DNA of 64,000 nt from an uncultured Clostridia bacterium (GTDB lineage: Bacteria > Bacillota > Clostridia > Oscillospirales > CAG-272). Under the pieces are notes generated by a model. That model did no database searches and was not told the origin of the DNA. It saw nothing but the letters and a program-made list of their open reading frames with translations. The stretch lies in NCBI GenBank assembly GCA_944381075.1, contig CALWJT010000037.1, positions 57,879 through 121,878 on the forward strand, given 5' to 3'. Position numbers and translations under genes: made by a program. The number at the start of each line of letters is the position of its first letter. The stretch's first letter is position 1. This document shows positions 33,492 through 41,198 of this stretch, in pieces.

Positions 33492-33899
33492 GTGGTTAAA
33501 CTGATTATTGGGCTGAAAGGCACAGGGAAAACAAAAACTCTTATCGGTATGGTAAATGCTTCGGTCGATGCAACAGACGGTGCGGTGGTATGCCTTGAAA
33601 AGGGCGATAAGCTTCGTTATGACATCAAATATCAGGCAAGACTGATTGACGTCGATGAATACGGGATCGATGACGCACAGGCGCTTTATGGATTTGTAGC
33701 GGGCATTTATGCGTCCAACAGCGATATTACGCATATCTTTATCGACTCTGCAATCAAAATGTGCCAGCAGGACATGAAATCCTTTGAAACCTTTGTGAAG
33801 GAAGCGGCTGCGTTTGCTGAAAAGTGGAATGTCAATATCGTCATGACCTCGTCTGTTACGGAGGATATGCTCCCTGACGATATCAAACAATATCTTTGA
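33492..33899 (+). CDS. small stand-alone P-loop NTPase-like protein, unknown function
   Basis: GTG start after AAGAAAGAGG. Walker A GLKGTGKTKT, Walker B-like THIFIDS. 135 aa. Confidence 0.5.
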   Translation: MVKLIIGLKGTGKTKTLIGMVNASVDATDGAVVCLEKGDKLRYDIKYQARLIDVDEYGIDDAQALYGFVAGIYASNSDITHIFIDSAIKMCQQDMKSFETFVKEAAAFAEKWNVNIVMTSSVTEDMLPDDIKQYL

Positions 33900-33951
33900 T
33901 GGGAAAATGCCGGATGGCCGGCACAGGCTGGCTGCCGTCGTTTTCAAAAGG

Positions 33952-33989
33952 AAGGCGGAAGCTATCTCTTTTGAGATAGCTTCCGCCTT
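33952..33989. terminator. bidirectional terminator
   Basis: AAGGCGGAAGCTATCTC-TTTT-GAGATAGCTTCCGCCTT between convergent genes. Confidence 0.8.
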
Positions 33990-33993
33990 TGTC

Positions 33994-34242
33994 TTACTTT
34001 TTTACACACAACTCGATGTCGCAGCTGCGGCATTGCTTTTGACAATCTGTCATGCTTACCAGATAATCCAGCGAAACTTGATAATATTCGGCCAGCTTGA
34101 TTGCCGCCCATAAAGAGATTTCTCGTTCGCCTCTTTCGTATCGCTGATATACGGTAAGCTGCATGTTGAGGTATTTTGCGATCTCACGCTGTGTTTTATC
34201 GTGATCCTCCCTAAGGTCCCGTATACGGTGGTAAATATACAC
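33994..34242 (-). CDS. XRE-family HTH transcriptional regulator (82 aa, Cys-containing tail)
   Basis: IRDLREDHDKTQREIAKYLNMQLTVYQRYERGEREISLWAAIKLAEYYQVSLDYL is an HTH_3 domain. C-terminal CQKQCRSCDIELC. Confidence 0.8.
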   Translation of the reverse strand: MYIYHRIRDLREDHDKTQREIAKYLNMQLTVYQRYERGEREISLWAAIKLAEYYQVSLDYLVSMTDCQKQCRSCDIELCVKK

Positions 34243-34553
34243 TGTTTTTCCTCCCCATTATGAAATACAGTATTTACCATAAATTATAATATAACCCGTG
34301 CCTTATTTTATGACGGCAACATCATACGGTGTTTTTCTTTCATAGCGTTGCCGACAGAAGGAGGGGACGTATCCTTTTTAAGAGGTGTTATTTAAGGAGA
34401 AGGAAATTTGCCGCTTTCGCATGCAGGAGCCGTCCTGCGGTGAGAAAAAATCTCACATTTATTTTTCCCTGACATAACATATAGCGAGGAGGAAGTTTGA
34501 AACAAAAGCCTTTCTCCAACAAATCAATTTGATTATATCGGAGGGAAAATTTT

Positions 34554-35399
34554 ATGCCAGATATCAGAAATACCTCGCCGATCTGCGGCGGATCGGGTCG
34601 CGATTCGGTATATATAGACACCAATAGAATTCTTGATAGCTGCCGTGATAAGGACTGCTATGAGGATGTCGTCGTTTATCTTTCGGACGTCGGAAGCGAT
34701 CTTATCGAGAGAAGCGGAAGCGTTCGGACCAAGAGCGCTAAGGTCATCTGCGCGAACATACAGGTCGATACCGTGCCGTTTAACCGCGGTTTTTATCAGG
34801 TCAGCATCACCATGTATATCAAAATCGTATGTGAAGTATGCGCCTGCATCGGCAGACCGCAGGAGGTCGAAGGAATCGCGGTCGTAGAGAAAAAAGTCAT
34901 TCTTTACGGCAGCGAGGGCAATGTCAACATTTTCAAGAGCGAGCCCGGCGCACAGAATTTCTGCGGCTGCTCCTGTGCGGAACAGCCGGGAACGAATCTG
35001 CCGATCGCTGTCTTTGAGGTCGTGGATCCGATCGTCCTCAACACCAAGATCGTGGAGGCCTGCGAATGCCGCAGCTGCCATCCCTGCCTCTCGGCCTCTG
35101 AGCTTCCCGAATCCGTTTGCAGCTGCATCAACGGCAGAATCTGCTGCGAGCCGGCCGGAAAGGTGCTCACCGTATCGCTCGGCTTCTTCTCGGTCGTGAG
35201 AATCGAGCGTCCGGCGCAGTATCTTGTCCACGGTACGGAATATACGGTTCCGGAAAAGGAATGCGTATCTCCTTCGACGGACGATCCGTGCAAGATGTTC
35301 AAGCATATGGCATTCCCTGTGAACGAGTTTTATCCGCCGTCTCTTTGCGATATTAAGAACAGCGGCGACAACGATGGCTGCGGCTGCGGAAAACGCTGA
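34554..35399 (+). CDS. cysteine-rich protein of unknown function (23 Cys in 281 aa)
   Basis: RBS GGAGGG 8 nt upstream. Motifs SCRDKDC, CEVCAC, CGCSC, CECRSCHPC, CSC, CC, CGCG. No enzyme motif recognised. Confidence 0.6.
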   Translation: MPDIRNTSPICGGSGRDSVYIDTNRILDSCRDKDCYEDVVVYLSDVGSDLIERSGSVRTKSAKVICANIQVDTVPFNRGFYQVSITMYIKIVCEVCACIGRPQEVEGIAVVEKKVILYGSEGNVNIFKSEPGAQNFCGCSCAEQPGTNLPIAVFEVVDPIVLNTKIVEACECRSCHPCLSASELPESVCSCINGRICCEPAGKVLTVSLGFFSVVRIERPAQYLVHGTEYTVPEKECVSPSTDDPCKMFKHMAFPVNEFYPPSLCDIKNSGDNDGCGCGKR

Positions 35400-35442
35400 T
35401 TGCGGGTCTTTGCCTCACGTATAGCACCGATAAAATAAATCG

Positions 35443-35487
35443 ATCTCCGAACGTTTCTCCGGCAGGGGAGGCGTTCGGAGATTTTTG
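35443..35487 (+). terminator. intrinsic terminator
   Basis: ATCTCCGAACG-18 nt-CGTTCGGAGAT+TTTTG. Confidence 0.75.
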
Positions 35488-35736
35488 TCGAAAAAGAAAA
35501 TGTTTTACAATTTTTCTCATAATCATTTGTTTTATTATAAAAATTATATTGACAAAAATAGTTTATTGTAGTAAATTAAAATTGAAATGAGAGTGATTCC
35601 ATTGTAATTCTGATGATATTGCCATAATCGATCAAAAATAAAAAGGCATCTTCTCTATAGGAAAACAGTAGATTGGGACATGGGATGAGATGCGAAACCA
35701 ATCAAAAAATGGGAATATCCCGGAAGGAGCCGTGAT

Positions 35737-36075
35737 ATGTCAAAACTTTCTGTTTCATTCTTTGTTCTGTGCTTTCTTTGTATATTGGGATTCTCGTCTT
35801 GCAAAGAACAAGTAATCCCTTATCATGAAGAGAATATGGATACTTATCTGGAACCGGATAAAAAAGACTTGCCCACATCGGAGGAATTTTCAAAGGTAAA
35901 AGAAGGAATGAGCTTTACCGAGGTAGTAAATCTGATTGGACATCCGCAAAGAGAAATTGGTTCAGGGGCGATTATTTATGAATTTGATCTTTCAGATGGA
36001 ACGGCCTGCGCTGTTTATTTTATTCCAAATGACGAAGGTAAGTATATAGTAAACGGAATTATGAAACCGGAATAG
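35737..36075 (+). CDS. small lipoprotein (DUF3862/BLIP-like fold suspected)
   Basis: MSKLSVSFFVLCFLCILGFSSCKEQ has a lipobox. F.KVKEGMSFTEVVNLIGHP motif. The gene and its upstream region are markedly AT-rich compared with the neighbours. Confidence 0.6.
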   Translation: MSKLSVSFFVLCFLCILGFSSCKEQVIPYHEENMDTYLEPDKKDLPTSEEFSKVKEGMSFTEVVNLIGHPQREIGSGAIIYEFDLSDGTACAVYFIPNDEGKYIVNGIMKPE

Positions 36076-36156
36076 GTCGTCGCTGTCGGACTCATCCTTT
36101 CGCTTCGGAAAAGAAGGAAGAGGACCGTCCCGCCCCCGACTTTTTCAAATTCCATC

Positions 36157-36196
36157 AAAAGGGAGCCGGCAAGCTTTTGCTTGCCGGCTCCCTTTT
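36157..36196. terminator. bidirectional terminator
   Basis: AAAAGGGAGCCGGCAAGC-TTTT-GCTTGCCGGCTCCCTTTT, an 18-bp stem. Confidence 0.85.
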
Positions 36197-36259
36197 TTAG
36201 AAAATCAAAAATTTCGGGTCGTTACCGCGTTTTGCCGGATTTGTGATCCGTCTGCGGAA

Positions 36260-37033
36260 TCAGTTGCCGCATTCGACGCTGATTTCATTGAACAGTCCCA
36301 GCAGATCGGAAACGGTCGTTTCCTCTTTCCTCTTGCCGGAGCGGTCGAGGACGATCTGCCCCTTGTGCATCATCAAAAGACGGGTTCCGTATTCGACGGC
36401 ATAGCGAAGGTTGTGCGTTACCATGATCGCGGTAATGTGCTTTTCGCGGACGATCCTGTCGGTCAGGGCCATGATGATTTCCGCCGTTTTCGGGTCGAGA
36501 GCGGCGGTATGCTCGTCAAGGATCAGAAAATCGATAGGCGTCATCGTGGACATCAGCAGCGCTACCGCCTGCCGTTGCCCGCCGGAGAGAGCGCCTGCCT
36601 TGACGTGAAGCTTGTCTTCCAGTCCCAGCCCCAGAACGGCAAGCTGTTCCCGATAAGCATCGATCCTTGCCTTGTCGACGCCTCTGGCAAGGCCGTATGA
36701 CCTGCCCTTGTTGTCGGCGAGCGACAGATTCTCCAGAATAGTGAGCGTCGGGCAGGTCCCCAGCGCCGGGTTCTGATAGACTCGCCCGATGCTTGCGTAG
36801 CGCTTGTATTCGGGAACTTTGGTGATATCCTTTCCTCCGATGAGAATCTGACCCTTTTCTACGGGGATGGAACCGCAGATGATGTTCAGCATGGAGGTTT
36901 TTCCGCTGCCGTTGGAGCCGACAACGGAAACAAATTCTCCATCGGCGACGATAAGACCGAAATCGCGGAAAAGCGTCATTTCCGTGATTTCGCCGGGATT
37001 ATAGATTTTGGTAATGCCGCGGAGCTCAAGCAT
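36260..37033 (-). CDS. ABC transporter ATP-binding protein (operon 2)
   Basis: MLELRGITKIYNPG..., GSNGSGKTS, LSGGQRQ, FLILDEHTAALD. The start overlaps the permease stop (ATGCTTGA). Confidence 0.9.
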   Translation of the reverse strand: MLELRGITKIYNPGEITEMTLFRDFGLIVADGEFVSVVGSNGSGKTSMLNIICGSIPVEKGQILIGGKDITKVPEYKRYASIGRVYQNPALGTCPTLTILENLSLADNKGRSYGLARGVDKARIDAYREQLAVLGLGLEDKLHVKAGALSGGQRQAVALLMSTMTPIDFLILDEHTAALDPKTAEIIMALTDRIVREKHITAIMVTHNLRYAVEYGTRLLMMHKGQIVLDRSGKRKEETTVSDLLGLFNEISVECGN

Positions 37034-37985
37034 GAGGCAGCCCTCCCTTCTTTTCCGCACGGGAACGCCGGCTGAGAAACGCGGAAATTTTTCCGTTGAA
37101 GATGAGGATCAGCATGAACATGACGGCATTCCAGAGCTTTAGATAGATCCCGTCGCTGTCCACGAGCACAAGGTAATTGAGACACAGGGAATAAAAAACG
37201 GATCCGAAAATGACCGAGGTGGTCCCCTTCATAAAGCGAAGTCCGGAGAATACGGCAAGCCCGATGATGACGGAGGCTAGCGCCTGTACGACCTTCCCGC
37301 TGCCGGAGGTGTTGTCGTACTGCGTATAGAGCTGCGCGTAGAGCGCGCCGGATACGGCGGTAAATCCGTTGGCAATGGCAATCCCGAGGATCTTGTACGT
37401 CCCGGCATCGCGTCCGAGGGAGACGACGAGCTTTTCGTTGTCTCCTGTCGCGCGAAGCAGGTATCCCATTTTGGTTTTCAGGAAAAGATCGACAATTATT
37501 TTCAGCACGACTACGATGAGAATGAGAATGATAAGAATGGCGTAATCCTTTGTGCCTTCTCCAAGCCACCTTTCAAGAAAGGTATTGTCGAACAGCCCTT
37601 CAAGGCTTTCGCTGCGATAGGAAAAAATCGTCGTGGTATAGCCGTTCTGCGTCAAAAGCTTTGTCAGAGCGAGATTGACGGAAAGAAGCGCTGTCATGAC
37701 GATGATGCCGGAGAGCAGCTTCGAGATCCGAAAGCGGACATGGAGCAGTCCCGTGACCGTTCCCGCGAGCATGCCGACAAAAAAGGAGAGAAAGACAGCG
37801 AGCAGCGGCGGCAGCCCGAGCCGCAGCATGAAAATGGTGCAACATACACCGCCGAGCGGAAAGGTCCCGTCGACGGAAAGGTCTGGAAAATCCAGAATGG
37901 AATAGGAAATATAGACGCCAAGGGCGAGAACGGCAAAGCAAAGTCCCATTTGCAGACCGTCGATGGTGGTACCGAGAAAAAGCAT
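37026..37985 (-). CDS. ABC transporter permease (operon 2)
   Basis: Polytopic protein, paralogous to 14590..15498 (LGVYISYSILDFPDLSVDGTF...). Confidence 0.85.
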   Translation of the reverse strand: MLFLGTTIDGLQMGLCFAVLALGVYISYSILDFPDLSVDGTFPLGGVCCTIFMLRLGLPPLLAVFLSFFVGMLAGTVTGLLHVRFRISKLLSGIIVMTALLSVNLALTKLLTQNGYTTTIFSYRSESLEGLFDNTFLERWLGEGTKDYAILIILILIVVVLKIIVDLFLKTKMGYLLRATGDNEKLVVSLGRDAGTYKILGIAIANGFTAVSGALYAQLYTQYDNTSGSGKVVQALASVIIGLAVFSGLRFMKGTTSVIFGSVFYSLCLNYLVLVDSDGIYLKLWNAVMFMLILIFNGKISAFLSRRSRAEKKGGLPHA

Positions 37986-38044
37986 GGAAAAATCCTTTCA
38001 AAATCTAATAAGGCAAATTGGAACGGCAGATATCCCGTTTCGGA

Positions 38045-39001
38045 TCATTCTGCGACGTCCGTCGCGTCGATGGTATCGGGCACGGTGAGTCCGAGCAGCT
38101 CGCATACCTCGCTGTTGTAGTAGTTGGCAGGTTCGGTGATGACGGAGACCGGGATCTCCGAGGCGCTCTTGCCGCCCAGAATTTCCGCGGCGGCTTTGCC
38201 TGCGGCACGGCCGACATCGATGTAATCGATGGAGGCGCTTGCAGCGCAGCCAACCTTCACCTGTTCGATCTCCGAGCCGAATACCGGGATTTTATGATCG
38301 TTTGTGATGGGAAGAATGTTGGTTTCCAGTTTGCCGACGATGGTATTGTCGAGCAGATTGACAAAGCAGTCAACGCCGCGGTCGATAAGCTCATTGGTCT
38401 TGGTGTCGATGGTAGTGATGTCCGATACCGCGCTGTCGAGAATCTGCATGCCCGCATAGGCTTCCGCCGCCTTTTTGAGCTGCTCTACCTGGAACGGAGA
38501 GCTGGATTCTTCTGTGGAATATAGGACACCGATGGTAAGGTCGGTTTTGCCCATGAAGGCTGTAACGACCTCGAGCTGCTTTTCAAAATTCGGGATATCG
38601 GAGGAGCCGGTGAGATTTTCATAATTTTCCATTGTCGTGCTGTCGGTCACGGCGCAGTAAACGACGGGGACTTTGCCGTCCGCCGCGTTCGCCGCAGCAA
38701 CAGCGGAGGGCGTCGCGATAGCAATGATGACGGCCGCCTGCTTATTGACGAACGTATTGGCCTGTGACTGTGAGACGCTGGCGTCAAAATTGCTGTTGAG
38801 GTATTCGACGGTATAGGCATCCAGATCGATGCCGCTTTCCTCAAGGCCAGCCATAACGCCGTCGTAGCAGTTGTTGAGCGAGCCGTGCGAACCGAACTGG
38901 ATGATGCCGATGACAGGCTTTTCGCTGCCGCACGAGGAAAGAGCGGAAAGAGCAGTGAGCAAAAGGGCTGCCGAAAGCAGCAGGGAAATGATTTTTTTCA
39001 T
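38045..39001 (-). CDS. ABC transporter substrate-binding lipoprotein (COG2984 family, operon 2)
   Basis: MKKIISLLLSAALLLTALSALSSCGSEKP has a lipobox. Paralog of 13618..14586. The track ORF start at 39058 is an extension. Confidence 0.85.
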   Translation of the reverse strand: MKKIISLLLSAALLLTALSALSSCGSEKPVIGIIQFGSHGSLNNCYDGVMAGLEESGIDLDAYTVEYLNSNFDASVSQSQANTFVNKQAAVIIAIATPSAVAAANAADGKVPVVYCAVTDSTTMENYENLTGSSDIPNFEKQLEVVTAFMGKTDLTIGVLYSTEESSSPFQVEQLKKAAEAYAGMQILDSAVSDITTIDTKTNELIDRGVDCFVNLLDNTIVGKLETNILPITNDHKIPVFGSEIEQVKVGCAASASIDYIDVGRAAGKAAAEILGGKSASEIPVSVITEPANYYNSEVCELLGLTVPDTIDATDVAE

Positions 39002-39042
39002 GGAAGAGACCTTCTTTCGTTGGAATTTGAATTGAATCGAGA

Positions 39043-39324
39043 AAATAAAAAAGCCCAAGCATCGAATCGATGCTTGGGACGAATTTCAAAAGAGAGAAAT
39101 CCGCGGTACCACCCAAATGAACTTGGTGTTCGCTCTGTTCGCATACCCATGATATGCGGCGCGCAGGATAACGGAAGCGCACTCCGTCGGAGCCTACTTG
39201 CGGTTGGCGTTCGGTCCGCCCTCAAAAGCCCATTCGCGTCCTTATACCTGCCGCAATCCCACCGCCTGCGGCTCTCTTGGAAGGAGAAGGGGACGTTACT
39301 CTTCTTTCTCAACGGTTTGGATTA
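39043..39324 (-). promoter_or_regulatory. T-box leader, tryptophan specifier (UGG)
   Basis: Minus strand: GAAGAGTA, AGAGAG (39278-73), distal loop GGTGGGA, specifier loop CGAA-UGG-G (UGG = 39232-30) flanked by helices CGTCC/GGACG and GAAAG/CTTTT, T-box motif CATTTGGGTGGTACCGCGG (39119-01), terminator CCCAAGCATCGA..TCGATGCTTGGG+TTTTTT (39080-43). Confidence 0.85.
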
Positions 39325-39330
39325 TGCTTC

Positions 39331-39359
39331 ATTATAAAAGAAGGCGAGCTTTTTGTCAA
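39331..39359 (-). promoter_or_regulatory. consensus sigma-A promoter of the Trp T-box operon
   Basis: Minus strand: TTGACA (39359-54), 17 nt spacer, TATAAT (39336-31). Confidence 0.65.
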
Positions 39360-39400
39360 GAGGTTTTTAAAAATAATTTTTTGGATTTTTCCGGACATGG

Positions 39401-39429
39401 TTGATTTCCTACTTTTCCTATGGTAAAAT
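39401..39429 (+). promoter_or_regulatory. sigma-A promoter of the Rrf2-nifS-cysK unit
   Basis: TTGATT (39401-06), 17 nt spacer, TGgTAAAAT (-10 at 39424-29). Confidence 0.55.
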
Positions 39430-39452
39430 AGCAAAAAAGGACGGAGGACGCT

Positions 39453-39863
39453 ATGAAAATTTCGACAAAAGGGCGTTACGCGATGCGCGTGATGCTGGAT
39501 CTCGCGGAAAACGGAAGCGCGGGCGGCTTCGTTTCGTTGAAGGAGATTTCAAAACGGCAGGAGATCTCCGTAAAATACCTGGAGCAGATCATCTCTCTTC
39601 TTTTGAAATGCGGCTATGTAGAAAGCTCCCGGGGAAGCGCGGGCGGATACCGGCTTACAAAAAAGCCGGAGGAATATACCTTCGGCGATATTCTTCGCGC
39701 GGCAGAGGGGAGCCTTGTACCTGTCTCCTGTGTGGAGGAAGCTTACTGCACACGATCGAACAAGTGCCGGATCTGTAAATACTGGAAGGGGCTTTACGCG
39801 GTGGTCAACCGGTATATCGACAGCATAACCCTTGCGGAAATCTTACGAAATACGCCATCCTGA
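39453..39863 (+). CDS. iscR: Rrf2-family transcriptional regulator, IscR-like with Cys ligand set
   Basis: MKISTKGRYAMRVMLDLA...SLKEIS.RQ.IS.KYLEQI...L.K.GYV.S.RG..GGY.L is Rrf2. C-x5-C-x5-C-x2-C (SCVEEAYCTRSNKCRIC) has the spacing of the IscR Fe-S ligands. Confidence 0.8.
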   Translation: MKISTKGRYAMRVMLDLAENGSAGGFVSLKEISKRQEISVKYLEQIISLLLKCGYVESSRGSAGGYRLTKKPEEYTFGDILRAAEGSLVPVSCVEEAYCTRSNKCRICKYWKGLYAVVNRYIDSITLAEILRNTPS

Positions 39864-39913
39864 GAGAAGCGCTGGCATGCTGTCTGAAAATTCGATTGAA
39901 AAGGAGGATGGGA

Positions 39914-41059
39914 ATGATTTATGCGGACAACGCCGCGACGACAAGACTTTCCGACGCGGCGAAGAAGGCGATGCTTCCGTATTATGACGTCCGGTACGGG
40001 AATCCGTCGAGTCTCCACACGGCGGGACGGGAGGCAAGGGCGGCGCTTGCGCAGGCAAGGGAAAAGGCGGCGGCGTGCATTGGCGCCTCCCCTTTGGAGC
40101 TTGTGTTTACCTCCGGCGGCAGCGAATCGGATTGTCAGGCGCTTATCACCGCCGCCGAATGGGGGAGACGGCAGGGAAAAAGACATTTTATTTCCTCCGC
40201 CATCGAGCACCATGCTGTTCTGCATACGCTGAAAAAGCTGGAACGGTATGGATTTTCGGTGACGCTCCTTCCCGTGGATAAGAGCGGGATCGTCACAGCG
40301 GAGGCGGTTCGGGCGGCGATTCGTCCGGATACGGCGGCAGCTTCGATCATGTATGCAAACAATGAGACCGGAACGGTGATGCCGGTTTCGGAGATTGGAG
40401 CGGTATGCCGGGAGGCCGGCGTTCTGTTTCACACCGATGCTGTTGCGGCGGCGGGGCATCTCCCCATTGATGTGAAGGCGCAGAACATCGATATGCTGTC
40501 CCTTTCCGCCCATAAATTCCATGGTCCGAAGGGTGTGGGAGCCTTCTATATAAGGGAAGGGATTCCCGCGGCATCGCTCATAGAGGGCGGTGCGCAGGAG
40601 GCGGGACGGCGTGCAGGGACAGAAAATGTTCCCGGCGTTGTCGGAATGGCAGAGGCATTGTCGGAAGCTTGTCTCCATATGGAAGCGAATGCGGCGTATG
40701 TCCGTTCGCTTCGGGATAAGCTGATAGAGGGATTGGCTTCTGTGCCGCGGAGCGTGCTCTGCGGGGATCGGCTGCGCAGACTGCCCGGAACTGTCAGCGT
40801 ATGCTTTGAGGGAATCGAGAGCGAAGCGCTTCTGCTGATGCTCGACGCGCAGGGGATCTGCGCGTCCTCTGGTTCCGCCTGCACGGCCGAGCTGCAAAAG
40901 TCCAGCCATGTGCTTCGAGCGATGGGCTTTTCGGACACAGAGGCGCGCGGCTCTCTGCGCCTGTCGCTTGACGAATACAACACGGAGGTGGAGATCGACC
41001 ATATTTTGGATGTGCTGCCGCGAGCCGTCGCGGCTCTAAGAAGGCTGTCTCCGGCTTGA
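39914..41059 (+). CDS. cysteine desulfurase (NifS/IscS type), copy 2
   Basis: MIYADNAATT..., SAHKFHGPKGVGAFY (PLP Lys), SSGSACT active-site loop. ATG 6 nt after AAAGGAGG; the track ORF starts at TTG 39896. Confidence 0.85.
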   Translation: MIYADNAATTRLSDAAKKAMLPYYDVRYGNPSSLHTAGREARAALAQAREKAAACIGASPLELVFTSGGSESDCQALITAAEWGRRQGKRHFISSAIEHHAVLHTLKKLERYGFSVTLLPVDKSGIVTAEAVRAAIRPDTAAASIMYANNETGTVMPVSEIGAVCREAGVLFHTDAVAAAGHLPIDVKAQNIDMLSLSAHKFHGPKGVGAFYIREGIPAASLIEGGAQEAGRRAGTENVPGVVGMAEALSEACLHMEANAAYVRSLRDKLIEGLASVPRSVLCGDRLRRLPGTVSVCFEGIESEALLLMLDAQGICASSGSACTAELQKSSHVLRAMGFSDTEARGSLRLSLDEYNTEVEIDHILDVLPRAVAALRRLSPA

Positions 41060-41198
41060 ACCGGAAGAGAAAGCTTTTCCAAAAGGATGGCATGGGGAAA
41101 GGGAAGCGCCGTGTCTGGTCTGCACTTGCTTGAAAAAATGGCAGATCTTGTTTTTTACCATATATCAATTCAAATCCTGAGAAAGAAGGCATGTGATC

